Part shown: piece after piece, positions 1 through 9,938 of the stretch
Layout: the number at the start of each line of letters is the position of its first letter
Numbering within the stretch: the stretch's first letter is position 1
Source of the DNA: Prochlorococcus sp. AG-679-M23
GTDB taxonomy: Bacteria; Cyanobacteriota; Cyanobacteriia; PCC-6307; Cyanobiaceae
Direction: 5' to 3'
Length of the DNA: 64,000 nucleotides
Assembly (NCBI GenBank): GCA_003208875.1
Contig: QCUR01000001.1
Location: 128,001 to 192,000, forward strand
Notes under the pieces: generated by a model
Told to the model about the DNA's origin: nothing
Database searches by the model: none
The model's input: the letters and a program-made list of their open reading frames with translations, nothing else
Made by a program: the position numbers and the translations under genes

Positions 1-112
1 TTTGCTTTCCTCTCAAAAGACCACTAGTTGGGATCCATCTAGAAATTTCATCAATTTGGGTTGTTTTACCGCAACCATCAATTCCTTCAATAACAATAAA
101 TTTACCCCTCAT
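1..112 (-). CDS. tmk: thymidylate kinase, 5' part only (runs off window start; not in ORF track)
   Basis: Manual translation from ATG at 112: [26 protein letters not shown], the Tmk P-loop EGxDGxGKTT; ATG directly follows the ATPase TAA. Confidence 0.93.
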   Translation of the reverse strand, partial: MRGKFIVIEGIDGCGKTTQIDEISRWIPTSGLLRGKQ

Positions 113-2410
113 TTATTCTAAAGATAAAGCATTTATTACAACGGTTATTGAACTAGTTGCCATCAATAATGCTGCGATTGATGGTGTAAGAAGAATGCCA
201 TATTTTGGAAATAGAATACCTCCTGCTATGGGAATTGCAATCAAGTTGTATCCAAAAGCCCAGAATAGATTTTGTTTAATTTTTCCTATTGTTCTTTTTG
301 AAAGACTAAGTGCATAAGGTAATCCAGATAACTGATCTCCCATTAAAACAACATCTGCATTCGCTTTCGCAATCTGGGTACCTGAACCAACTGCTATTCC
401 TAAATTTGAAGCTGCCAAAGCAGGTGCATCATTTATTCCATCTCCAATCATTGCAACTTTATTCCTCTTCTTTAAATTTTCAATTATTTTTAATTTCATT
501 TCTGGAAGAAGATCCCATTTTATTTCTGCTTCTGGACTATCTAATTTTTTTGCCAACTCCACTACAGTTTCTTTTCTGTCACCGCTTAAAATTTTTATAT
601 TATAGTTGTCTTCTCTTAATTTTTGAACAGAACTAATAGAATCCTCTCTTAATAAATCACCTAATAAAATAAATCCGAGTAACTTCTTACTTATACATAC
701 TCCAATGACAGAATGGGATTTGTTTTCTTCATTTTCTAATATTTCTTTTGATTTGCTATCAATTATTACTCCTTTACTATTTAACCATTCAACACTTCCA
801 ATATTGATTTCCCCATCAATTGAATCAAGTTCTCCTGATATACCTCTACCAGATTCTGTATGGATGTTTTTAATTGTCAACAAGCTAAGGTTTTGTTTTT
901 TGGCTTCATTAACTAATGCGCTAGCTATGGGATGTCGGCTTTGACTTTCTAAACTTGCAGATATTTTTAAAAGAAATAATTTATCAGCAGTATTTAAATA
1001 ATCGATTATGAAAGGTTTACCTTTGGTCAATGTCCCCGTTTTATCAAAAATAATATGATTAATTTTTGATGCCATTTCTATTTTATCTCCGCCTTTAAAT
1101 AAAACGCCTTTTTTTGCAGCTTTACCTGATGCAACAGTTATTACAGTGGGAGTAGCAAGACCTAAAGCGCAGGGGCAAGCTATTACTAAAACAGCAATTG
1201 AGAGTTGAATGGCTAAAGTTAAAAAATTTTCAGCATTACTACCTAATGAATTATGTAACGTATGGTTGGAGGTAGTTATCAAGTCATTATGATTATTTAT
1301 TAACAAATCGGGCCAAATTTGTTTTGCACCTTTCCACCAAAAAAAGAAGCTTGAAGTTGCAATAAAAAGTACAAAGTATGTGAATTTCCCTGCAATCTGA
1401 TCAGCGATTCTCTGAATTGGAGGCTTTTTAGATTGAACTGATTCAATAAGATTAACGAGTTTTGCTAGAGAAGTTTCCTCTCCCACTTTGATAACTTTTA
1501 GCCTTAAGGTGGAATTTAAATTTAATGAGCCATTAAGTAAATGTTCACCTGAGTTCACATCTATAGGTTTAGATTCCCCTGTAATATGAGAAACATCTAC
1601 AGATGAATTTCCATTGATAACAATACAATCAGCTGGTACACGATCTCCAGCTAATAATTGAATTTCATCTCCTATTTTTAAAGAATGTACTCTGACTGAT
1701 TTGACTTGATTTGCTTCTACATAAATATTTGCCATTTCTGGTTGGAGATCTAGTAATTCTCCAATTGAAGAACCCGTTTGATACTTTGCTCTTTCTTCTA
1801 AAAAACGTCCAATAAGAATAAACCCCAATAACATTACTGGTTCATTAAAAAAACAGGGAAAACCAGTCGAAGGAAATATTAATGATAATAGACTTGTTGT
1901 ATAAGCACTACTTACTCCCAGAGCTACTAAAGAATCCATATCTGGTCGATTTTTAATAAGTGATTTGAATCCTTTGATTACAATTTCTCTTCCAGGAAAG
2001 AATAAAGCTAATGTAGCCAGTGCAGCATGAAAGAATAAATTTCCTAATATTGGTAAATTTAAAAAACCTCCTTCTGCTAAATGCCCTAACCCTGAAAACA
2101 ATAAAAGTAAGAGTGAAAAATTAAGTTTTTTCCATTGATTAATCCATTTCTTTTTTTTTCCTAATTGAACTTTATTTACTTTTTTTGAAAAATCATTTAT
2201 GTAAATCTTTGCGGGAAAACCGCTTTGCTTGAGGTTTTCTAAAACCTGATCAATGTTTGGAACTGTTTTATTAATTTCAAAATATGCACTTTCAGTAAGT
2301 AAGTTAACAGAAACATTTTGAATACCATCCGAATTTTTTAATATATTTTCTACCGTGTTAACACAACCCCCACATTTCATACCGGTAATATTTAATTGAA
2401 TACTATTCAT
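113..2410 (-). CDS. P1B-type heavy-metal (Cu) transporting ATPase, CtaA/PAA1-like
   Basis: N-terminal GMKCGGC metal-binding domain, TGES, CPC, DKTGTLT, HP and GDGIND motifs. Confidence 0.92.
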   Translation of the reverse strand: MNSIQLNITGMKCGGCVNTVENILKNSDGIQNVSVNLLTESAYFEINKTVPNIDQVLENLKQSGFPAKIYINDFSKKVNKVQLGKKKKWINQWKKLNFSLLLLLFSGLGHLAEGGFLNLPILGNLFFHAALATLALFFPGREIVIKGFKSLIKNRPDMDSLVALGVSSAYTTSLLSLIFPSTGFPCFFNEPVMLLGFILIGRFLEERAKYQTGSSIGELLDLQPEMANIYVEANQVKSVRVHSLKIGDEIQLLAGDRVPADCIVINGNSSVDVSHITGESKPIDVNSGEHLLNGSLNLNSTLRLKVIKVGEETSLAKLVNLIESVQSKKPPIQRIADQIAGKFTYFVLFIATSSFFFWWKGAKQIWPDLLINNHNDLITTSNHTLHNSLGSNAENFLTLAIQLSIAVLVIACPCALGLATPTVITVASGKAAKKGVLFKGGDKIEMASKINHIIFDKTGTLTKGKPFIIDYLNTADKLFLLKISASLESQSRHPIASALVNEAKKQNLSLLTIKNIHTESGRGISGELDSIDGEINIGSVEWLNSKGVIIDSKSKEILENEENKSHSVIGVCISKKLLGFILLGDLLREDSISSVQKLREDNYNIKILSGDRKETVVELAKKLDSPEAEIKWDLLPEMKLKIIENLKKRNKVAMIGDGINDAPALAASNLGIAVGSGTQIAKANADVVLMGDQLSGLPYALSLSKRTIGKIKQNLFWAFGYNLIAIPIAGGILFPKYGILLTPSIAALLMATSSITVVINALSLE

Positions 2411-2528
2411 ATTTTTGCGATGAAAGCATAGTAATACTCGTTTGTATTAATTACTATAGTAATTAATGTTATAGACTTTTTAAATAGTTGATACTTTATT
2501 GACTATTTTAACTTTATTTAAAAAAAAA

Positions 2529-3050
2529 GTGCCTAATAATCAAAACAGAGACAATTTTATAGATAAAGCTTTTACTGTAATTGCTGAATCTATTGTAAAA
2601 ATTATGCCTATTGCTGATAAAGAAAAAAAAGCTTACATATATTACAGAGATGGATTAGCTGCTCAAAATAATGGCGATTATTCAGAAGCTCTGGATTACT
2701 ATAATGAAAGTCTATTACTAGAAGAAAATAAAATTGATAGAGGAGAAACTTTAAAGAACATGGCAATAATTTATATGAGTAATGGTGAGGAAGATAGATC
2801 TATAGAAACTTATCAAAAGGCCTTAGAAGAAAATCCAAAACAGCCATCTTGTCTTAAGAATATAGGTCTAATTTATGAAAAAAGGGGAAGGTTTGCTGAA
2901 CAGAATGGTGATTTAGATCAAAGAGATATGTGGTTCGACAAGGCTGCCCAAGTTTGGTCTAAGGCTGTAAGACTTTATCCTGGTGGATACTTAGATATTG
3001 AAAATTGGTTGAAAAATTCTGGAAGGAGCTCGATTGATATTTATCTCTAG
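2529..3050 (+). CDS. ycf3: photosystem I assembly TPR protein Ycf3
   Basis: [12 protein letters not shown]...YYRDG...WFDKAAQVW typical of Ycf3; GTG at 2529 preferred over the track TTG at 2499. Confidence 0.95.
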   Translation: MPNNQNRDNFIDKAFTVIAESIVKIMPIADKEKKAYIYYRDGLAAQNNGDYSEALDYYNESLLLEENKIDRGETLKNMAIIYMSNGEEDRSIETYQKALEENPKQPSCLKNIGLIYEKRGRFAEQNGDLDQRDMWFDKAAQVWSKAVRLYPGGYLDIENWLKNSGRSSIDIYL

Positions 3051-3062
3051 ATTTGTATAGAT

Positions 3063-4415
3063 TTACTCGTTCAATGCATAATTAATAGCTTCATTTATAT
3101 TTGAAATTTCTTTAATTTGTATGAATTTTTGAAAACTATCTTTAATTTCACTAGTAATTTTAGGTACTAAAATATTTTTAATACCAAGCCTAACAGCCTC
3201 ATCAATTTTGGCTCTAATATTACTTGCCTGCCTTACCTGACCACTTAAACCTAATTCGCCAATAAATGCACAATTTATCAATGGTGGGATATTTTTTAAG
3301 CTTGATAAGATTGATATGGCAACTCCTAAATCTGAAGATGGGTCATTTATTTCAAAACCACCTCCTGTCGCTATATAACAGTCATACTCTGATAATTTAA
3401 TCCCAACATGTTTTTCAATCACTGCTAATATTTGATGTAATCTGTTGATACTGATTCCAGTTGTTGTTCGTCTTGGGTTATTGTAGAAAGTCTTATTTAC
3501 TAAAGCTTGAATATCAACTGCAAATGGTCTCGATCCTTCATTAGTGATAGTGGTTGTGACACCGGATATATTTTCTTTATTTGTGAATATTGAACTAGGG
3601 TTAATAACTTCTCTTAAACCATTTTCTAACATTTCAAAAATTCCAATTTCAAAAGTTGATCCAAATCTATTTTTTACACTTCTTAGTAATCTATGGGAGG
3701 CAATATTATCCCCCTCAAAATTGAGTACCACATCTACTAAGTGTTCTAAAGTTTTTGGGCCGGCAAGAGCTCCATCTTTTGTAACGTGACCTATTATCAA
3801 GAGCGCTATATTATTTTCTTTTGCAAGATTCTGAAGTTCAGATGAACAAGTCCTTACTTGGGAAACAGATCCTGGGGAACTTTCCATCTCATCATTATTA
3901 ATAGCTTGGATACTATCAATAATCGCAAAACCAGGTTTTATTTTTTTAATCTCTTCGATAATTAAAGATAAATTAGTTTCTGCATAAATTTTCAAATCGA
4001 GGCTGCTTTGATTTAATCTTTCCCATCTTATTTTTACTTGTTCTAAAGATTCTTCTGCCGTGATGTATAAAACTTTATCATTAAGGGATATTTTACCAGC
4101 CGATTGAAGCACTATTGTACTTTTACCAATTCCTGGTTCTCCTCCAAGTAAAACTATAGATCCTGGAACTATTCCACCACCTAGCACTCTATCAAACTCT
4201 TTAAATCCACTCGTAAATCTTGATATGTTACCTATTTCTATCTCATTAAACAGCTTAGATTTTTTATTTTTATTAAAACTAGTTGTTTTAGATCTAGTGT
4301 TTTTTCTTTCTTCAACGATGGTATTCCATTCATTACAATTTACGCATCTGCCGAAGTATTGTGAAGTCTCAGATCCGCAATTTTGACAAATAAAAGTCGA
4401 AAATTTATTAGACAT
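3063..4415 (-). CDS. radA: DNA repair protein RadA/Sms
   Basis: CxxC-x10-CxxC zinc finger, GEPGIGKS Walker A, KNRFG motif, Lon-like C-terminus. Confidence 0.97.
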   Translation of the reverse strand: MSNKFSTFICQNCGSETSQYFGRCVNCNEWNTIVEERKNTRSKTTSFNKNKKSKLFNEIEIGNISRFTSGFKEFDRVLGGGIVPGSIVLLGGEPGIGKSTIVLQSAGKISLNDKVLYITAEESLEQVKIRWERLNQSSLDLKIYAETNLSLIIEEIKKIKPGFAIIDSIQAINNDEMESSPGSVSQVRTCSSELQNLAKENNIALLIIGHVTKDGALAGPKTLEHLVDVVLNFEGDNIASHRLLRSVKNRFGSTFEIGIFEMLENGLREVINPSSIFTNKENISGVTTTITNEGSRPFAVDIQALVNKTFYNNPRRTTTGISINRLHQILAVIEKHVGIKLSEYDCYIATGGGFEINDPSSDLGVAISILSSLKNIPPLINCAFIGELGLSGQVRQASNIRAKIDEAVRLGIKNILVPKITSEIKDSFQKFIQIKEISNINEAINYALNE

Positions 4416-4521
4416 TTAATTTTTGATTAGATTGAGTAACTGAGATGTTTGGGATTTTGCCCCTCTACAAGTTAGATTGGGTAAAAGATAAATTCTCTTA
4501 CTGATTAGCTAATAGAAACAA

Positions 4522-5268
4522 ATGGCTGTATCTAGTCAAACAAAAGAAACAATACTTGTCGCAGATGACGAGGCAAGCATTAGAAGAATACTCGAGACTC
4601 GTCTCTCAATGATTGGTTACAAAGTTGTAACTGCTTGTGATGGTAAAGAAGCACTAAAATTGTTCAAAGATTACGATCCTGACTTGGTTGTACTTGATGT
4701 AATGATGCCAAAATTAGATGGATATGGAGTCTGTCAAGAATTAAGAAAAGACTCAGATGTACCTATCGTAATGCTTACCGCATTAGGTGATGTAGCAGAT
4801 AGAATTACAGGATTAGAATTAGGCGCTGATGATTATGTGGTTAAACCCTTTAGTCCAAAAGAATTAGAAGCTAGGATTAGGTGTGTATTAAGACGAATAG
4901 ATAAAGAGCAACTTCCTGGAATGCCAAATTCAGGTTTAATTTTGGTTACAGATATTAAAATTGATACAAATCGAAGACAAGTTTTTAAAAGTGATGAAAG
5001 AATCAGGTTAACAGGTATGGAATTTAGTCTTTTAGAACTTTTAGTCAGTCGATCAGGAGAACCATTTAGTCGAGGAGAGATTTTGAAAGAAGTTTGGGGC
5101 TACACACCTGAAAGACATGTAGATACGAGAGTAGTTGACGTTCATATATCTAGATTAAGATCGAAATTGGAAGCTGATCCTGCAAATCCTGAATTAATTC
5201 TTACAGCAAGGGGTACAGGATATCTGTTTCAGAGAATAGTTGATATATCTCCATTTGATGGTAAATAG
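4522..5268 (+). CDS. rpaB: OmpR-family response regulator RpaB (Ycf27)
   Basis: DDEASIRRILETRLSMIGY...VWGYTPERHVDTRVVDVHISRLR...LTARGTGYLF characteristic of RpaB. Confidence 0.95.
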   Translation: MAVSSQTKETILVADDEASIRRILETRLSMIGYKVVTACDGKEALKLFKDYDPDLVVLDVMMPKLDGYGVCQELRKDSDVPIVMLTALGDVADRITGLELGADDYVVKPFSPKELEARIRCVLRRIDKEQLPGMPNSGLILVTDIKIDTNRRQVFKSDERIRLTGMEFSLLELLVSRSGEPFSRGEILKEVWGYTPERHVDTRVVDVHISRLRSKLEADPANPELILTARGTGYLFQRIVDISPFDGK

Positions 5269-6681
5269 ATGGAAAAAGATTCCTCTATTAAAAAGTCTAG
5301 AGCTATAAGAAGATTAGTTATTTGGTATAAAAGAAATTCTGCTGTGACTTCAATAGTTGATACTGCTGCTAATTCTGCTGCAACTGCAAGTAATGTTGCG
5401 GGCAACGTGGTTTCTGGTGCTGGTTCTGTTGTAAGTACTGCAAGTAATGTTGCAAGTAATGTTGCGGGTAATGTAGCAGGCAATGTAGTTTCTAGTGCTG
5501 AGTCAGTTGTTAACACTGCTAGTAATGTAGTTTCAAGTGCTAGTTCAATTGCAAAAAATACATTGCAGCCATTAGTTTTTGACCCTTTAAAAAGGTTACA
5601 AAATAGTGATAATTTGATAAGTAAAGAAGAAGTACCAAATTCTGAGAGGATTTGGATCGCAGTTGATGGTATGGGGGGAGATTATGCACCTGTGCCCATT
5701 TTGGAAGGATGTCTCGATGCTATCAGTAGATTTCCTATAAATATAAAGTTTGTAGGCAAAATTGAAAAAGTTAGATATGAAGCAGAAAGAGTTGGTCTAA
5801 TAGATTTGTTAGATAAAGAAATTGATAATAAGCGTCTTGAATTAATAGATAGTGGAGATCCTATAGGGATGAATGAAGAGGCAACAGCAGTACGAAAAAG
5901 AAAAGATGCGAGTATAAATGTTGCTATGGAATTGGTTAAAACTAATAAGGCAAAAGCTGTTTATTCGGCAGGTAACTCAGGGGCTCTTATGGCCTCTGCA
6001 ATATTTAGGATAGGGAGATTAAAAGGAATCGAACGACCTGCAATAGGAGCGTTATTCCCAACTAGAGATCAAACTCGACCTGTATTAGTTCTTGATGTCG
6101 GAGCAAATACTGATTGTAAGCCCTCTTATCTTCATCAATTCGCACTCCTTGGTGATGTTTATGCTAAAGATGTTTTACAAATAGAAAAACCACGAATTGG
6201 ATTATTAAATATTGGCGAAGAAGAATGTAAAGGGAATGATTTATCTATAAAAACATTTGAATTACTATCCAATGAAAAAAGTTTTAATTTTGGGGGTAAT
6301 TGTGAAGGAAGAGATGTTTTATCTGGTGATTTTGATGTGGTTGTTTGCGATGGTTTTACAGGAAATATATTACTTAAATTTCTTGAGTCAGTTGGTGGGG
6401 TTCTATTAGATATTTTAAGATCCGAACTACCTAGAGGAAGAAGGGGAAAAGTTGGTTCAGCATTTTTAAAAAGTAATTTACTAAGAATTAAGAAAAGGTT
6501 AGATCATGCTGAACATGGAGGAGCATTATTGCTTGGGGTAAATGGGATTTGTGTAATTGGCCATGGTAGCAGTAAGTCTTTATCAGTAGTAAGTGCTCTG
6601 CGTTTGGCTCACTCTGCTGTAAATCATAATGTTATGGAAAATTTAAATCAACTTCAAAAGCTTCAAGTTTTAAAATCTTAA
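5269..6681 (+). CDS. plsX: phosphate acyltransferase PlsX with long low-complexity N-terminal extension
   Basis: Core starts at IAVDGMGGDYAP (residue ~130); SAGNSGA, LDVGAN, DVVVCDGFTGN, GHGSS motifs. Confidence 0.95.
   Translation: MEKDSSIKKSRAIRRLVIWYKRNSAVTSIVDTAANSAATASNVAGNVVSGAGSVVSTASNVASNVAGNVAGNVVSSAESVVNTASNVVSSASSIAKNTLQPLVFDPLKRLQNSDNLISKEEVPNSERIWIAVDGMGGDYAPVPILEGCLDAISRFPINIKFVGKIEKVRYEAERVGLIDLLDKEIDNKRLELIDSGDPIGMNEEATAVRKRKDASINVAMELVKTNKAKAVYSAGNSGALMASAIFRIGRLKGIERPAIGALFPTRDQTRPVLVLDVGANTDCKPSYLHQFALLGDVYAKDVLQIEKPRIGLLNIGEEECKGNDLSIKTFELLSNEKSFNFGGNCEGRDVLSGDFDVVVCDGFTGNILLKFLESVGGVLLDILRSELPRGRRGKVGSAFLKSNLLRIKKRLDHAEHGGALLLGVNGICVIGHGSSKSLSVVSALRLAHSAVNHNVMENLNQLQKLQVLKS
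5383..5550 (+). repeat. in-frame imperfect 12-nt and 21-nt tandem repeats within plsX 5' region
   Basis: GCAAGTAATGTT at 5386, 5440, 5452; variants GCGGGTAATGTA 5464 and GCAGGCAATGTA 5476; encode ASNV/AGNV and AxxVVSx units. Confidence 0.85.
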
Positions 6682-6734
6682 AACATATTTTGTCAGATTT
6701 ATGTTTGACTTATATAAGTAATTAGATAACTCTT

Positions 6735-7742
6735 TTGGAAGGAATAAATTTAAATCAAATTGGAGTCTCATTTAAAGGAAGTGGAAGTTACGTACCAAAT
6801 CAAATCCTGACGAATCAGGAAATTAGTAAGAAGGTAGAGACTAGTGATGAATGGATAAAATCTAGAACAGGTATTTCTCAGAGAAGAATTTCTGGATTAT
6901 CAGAAAATGTTAGCGAAATGGGTTACAAGGCAGCATTGGGAGCAATTGAGATGGCTAGATGGGATATTGAAACAATTGATCTAATAATATTAGCTACATC
7001 AACTCCAAATGATCTATTTGGTTCTGCTCCTGAAATTCAGTCAAAACTAGGCGCAATTAATGCTGTTGCATTTGATTTGACAGCTGCTTGTAGTGGTTTC
7101 TTATTTGCTACAATTACAGCTACTCAATTTTTAAAAGCAGGTAGTTATAAAAGAGCTGTAGTAATAGGCTCAGATCAACTTTCAAGTTATGTAGATTGGA
7201 ATGATAGAAGAAGTTGTATCTTATTCGGAGATGGAGCGGGTGCAATAGCAATCGAAGGAACAAATAAAATAGATAATTTAATTGGCTTTAGTATGAGGAC
7301 GGATGGTCAAAGAGGTTCTTTCTTAAATCTTCCATCTCAAAATAATCAAGATCTAATTATTGATGATATTAATTTTTCAAGTGGGGGGTTTACCTCAATT
7401 AAGATGAATGGACAAGAAGTATATAAATTTGCGGTTAGAGAGGTACCATTAATTATTGAAAATTTATTTAAAAAAACAAATTTCAATTCTGAGAAAATTA
7501 ATTGGCTTTTATTACATCAAGCAAATCAAAGAATATTAGATTCTGTTGGAGAAAGGCTAAATGTTTCATCAGAAAAGATTCTCAGTAATTTAAGTAACTA
7601 TGGAAACACTTCAGCGGCAACAATTCCTTTAATGCTAGATGAGGCTATAAGAAATAAGAAAATTAAAGAAAATGATATTATTGCCACAAGTGGTTTTGGT
7701 GCTGGGTTAAGTTGGGGTGCAGCCCTTATTAGATGGGGTTAA
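6735..7742 (+). CDS. fabH: 3-oxoacyl-ACP synthase III
   Basis: AACSGF, FGDGAGA, HQANQRI, YGNTSAA catalytic motifs; TTG start. Confidence 0.97.
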   Translation: MEGINLNQIGVSFKGSGSYVPNQILTNQEISKKVETSDEWIKSRTGISQRRISGLSENVSEMGYKAALGAIEMARWDIETIDLIILATSTPNDLFGSAPEIQSKLGAINAVAFDLTAACSGFLFATITATQFLKAGSYKRAVVIGSDQLSSYVDWNDRRSCILFGDGAGAIAIEGTNKIDNLIGFSMRTDGQRGSFLNLPSQNNQDLIIDDINFSSGGFTSIKMNGQEVYKFAVREVPLIIENLFKKTNFNSEKINWLLLHQANQRILDSVGERLNVSSEKILSNLSNYGNTSAATIPLMLDEAIRNKKIKENDIIATSGFGAGLSWGAALIRWG

Positions 7743-7755
7743 AAAAAGTTTTATT

Positions 7756-8652
7756 ATGACAGTTGCATGGGTATTCCCTGGTCAGGGTTCACAAAAAATT
7801 GGTATGGCAAATAAAATTATAGATTTGCCAAATGCAAAATATAGGTTTAATTACGCCTCTGAAGTATTCGAAAGAAATTTATTTGAAATTTGTGAATCAA
7901 ATTCTGATAAGAAAAATCTTGCAGATGATTTAAATAATACAAAGAACACTCAAATTTGTCTTTTTCTGGTGGAATCAGTCTTATTAGACTCTTTAAAAGA
8001 AAATGGTTATAAACCAACATATATTGCTGGCCATAGTTTAGGTGAAATTACAGCTTTATACTGTGCTGATGTTTTATCTTTTGAAGATTGTGTAAAACTT
8101 ATAAAAGTTAGATCTGGTTTAATGGCAGATGCCGCAAAGGGATCTATGGCAGCATTAATAAGTTTTGATAGAGATCAATTAGATCTACTGGTTGAAGAGA
8201 TAGACGATCTTGTAATAGCGAACGACAATAGTTCTTCTCAAGTTGTTTTATCAGGAAGCGAAAAAGCTTTAGATAATATTTCAAAACGAATTACGGCAAA
8301 AAGATTCCTTAAATTAAATGTTTCGGGTGCTTTTCATTCACCATTTATGAAAGAATCATCATTTCAATTTTCAAAATATTTAGACACTCTAGAATTTAAT
8401 CAGCCTTCTATGCCCGTTATAAGTAATTCTCATCCATCCCTATGTAATGATCCAAATGAGCTTAAGTTTAGGTTTAAAAATCAAATGTGTAACGGTGTTA
8501 GATGGCGTCAAACTATGGATTTAATGAAAGAAAATAGTATTATTCAAATGGTGGAAATTGGCCCATCTAATGTTCTTGGTGGTCTAGCTAAAAGGCATTT
8601 AAAGGATGTAAAAATTTCTCAAGTATCTTCTGCAGATCAAATTAAATATTGA
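7756..8652 (+). CDS. fabD: malonyl CoA-ACP transacylase
   Basis: FPGQGSQ, GHSLGE, VSGAFHS; ATG at 7756 (MTVAWVF) preferred over track start 7717. Confidence 0.96.
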   Translation: MTVAWVFPGQGSQKIGMANKIIDLPNAKYRFNYASEVFERNLFEICESNSDKKNLADDLNNTKNTQICLFLVESVLLDSLKENGYKPTYIAGHSLGEITALYCADVLSFEDCVKLIKVRSGLMADAAKGSMAALISFDRDQLDLLVEEIDDLVIANDNSSSQVVLSGSEKALDNISKRITAKRFLKLNVSGAFHSPFMKESSFQFSKYLDTLEFNQPSMPVISNSHPSLCNDPNELKFRFKNQMCNGVRWRQTMDLMKENSIIQMVEIGPSNVLGGLAKRHLKDVKISQVSSADQIKY

Positions 8653-8656
8653 TTTA

Positions 8657-9277
8657 ATGAAAAGTTATTTTTATCAAAAATTAATTTATAAATTGGTAAG
8701 TCAAATAATTATTTTACCGATTTATAAATTGATTTTTCGAGGCAAGTTAATTGGGAGAGAAAACATTCCTCCTAAAGGTGCTTTCATAATGGTATCTAAT
8801 CACGGCTCCCTACTTGATCCTCCTTTACTAGGTCATGCTATTGGTCGGAATATATCTTTTATGGCTAAGTCAGAACTTTTTAGAATCCCCTTACTTGGGT
8901 TTATAATAAAATCATGTGGAGCTTATCCTGTAAAGAGAGGCATAGTAGATAAAACGACTATTAAAACTGCATGTGAAAAATTATTAAATAATAATAGTAT
9001 TGGTATATTTATTGATGGTACTCGACAAAAAGATGGTCGTGTAAATAAGCCAAAACAAGGAGCAGCTCTTTTATCTTTTAAAAATCAAAAAATGTTATTA
9101 CCAGTTGCAATTATTAATTCAAATAGATTAGTTAGATTTAAGTTTTTTATTCCATTTTTCACAAAAATAGTTATTAAAGTTGGGAAACCGATTTATCCCC
9201 CTAAAGGCGCATCAAAAGATGATTTAGGTAAAGTAACATATTATTTGCAGGAGTCTATAAATAATATGCTTGAATGA
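8657..9277 (+). CDS. plsC: 1-acyl-sn-glycerol-3-phosphate acyltransferase
   Basis: NHGSLLD (NHxxxxD), FMAKSELF, FIDGTR motifs; in lipid operon. Confidence 0.9.
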   Translation: MKSYFYQKLIYKLVSQIIILPIYKLIFRGKLIGRENIPPKGAFIMVSNHGSLLDPPLLGHAIGRNISFMAKSELFRIPLLGFIIKSCGAYPVKRGIVDKTTIKTACEKLLNNNSIGIFIDGTRQKDGRVNKPKQGAALLSFKNQKMLLPVAIINSNRLVRFKFFIPFFTKIVIKVGKPIYPPKGASKDDLGKVTYYLQESINNMLE

Positions 9278-9281
9278 ATGA

Positions 9282-9932
9282 TCAGTTAATTGGGGATATT
9301 GGATATAATGGCAAAACTTTTTCCCAAGTATTAGAACTTGAATGTTGTGAATTTTTATTAGACAAATTCAAAAGTTCTTTTAAATCTTCTATGTCAGAAT
9401 ATTCGGCTTGATAAGAAGACTCTTTATCTGTTAATTCTTCAAAAATTTTTGGAATAATTTTTTCGTTGATAGTGATTTTTTTGCTTGGTTTTTCAGCAAT
9501 GCATATTTCATATTTTCCTGCAATATATCCTCTTCTTTTTAATTTTTTGTAAATCCAAAATGAATTCTTATCGTAATAGATATTATTTTGCTTGGCAATT
9601 CTTTTTGCCATCAATTCAAAAGAACTAAAACTATCTAATGAGCAATTTATTTGCTGAGCGAGAGTTCTCGCTAATACTATTATTTGCCTAGATGCGTTAA
9701 AGTTTGATGGCCCAATACTGACAGATATTTTATTAATTCTTTTTAAATTTTCTTTGCTAATAAAATTTGAAAAATCAACTATTAAGTTGTTACATAAATC
9801 TTTCTCAAATTTTTTTGTAAAAAAGTTTTCAGATAAAGAGTTTTTATTTTCTCTGTAAGCGAAACCAAAAGAATCATCAGTACTATGAATTGCTAAGGTT
9901 AATTTATTATGGCTTGTTAATTCGTAAGGCAT
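9282..9932 (-). CDS. tsaB: tRNA threonylcarbamoyladenosine biosynthesis protein TsaB (divergent)
   Basis: LAIHST, ISVSIGPSNFNASR resembles the TsaB GPGSFTGxR motif; C-terminal LPLY. Confidence 0.75.
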   Translation of the reverse strand: MPYELTSHNKLTLAIHSTDDSFGFAYRENKNSLSENFFTKKFEKDLCNNLIVDFSNFISKENLKRINKISVSIGPSNFNASRQIIVLARTLAQQINCSLDSFSSFELMAKRIAKQNNIYYDKNSFWIYKKLKRRGYIAGKYEICIAEKPSKKITINEKIIPKIFEELTDKESSYQAEYSDIEDLKELLNLSNKNSQHSSSNTWEKVLPLYPISPIN

Positions 9933-9938
9933 TTACCT

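Noticed and set aside
310..944. Two + strand ORFs inside the Cu ATPase
   Set aside because: Shadow ORFs opposite a well-supported gene, no recognisable motifs
2151..2159. T9/A9 homopolymers (also in metF near 23356 and upstream of 24392) as phase-variation sites
   Set aside because: Frames are intact (poly-Lys codons) and such runs are common at this AT content
5229..5516. 95-aa antisense ORF with TLPA/TLLA repeats
   Set aside because: Mirror of the plsX repeat; absence of stops follows from the sense-strand codons
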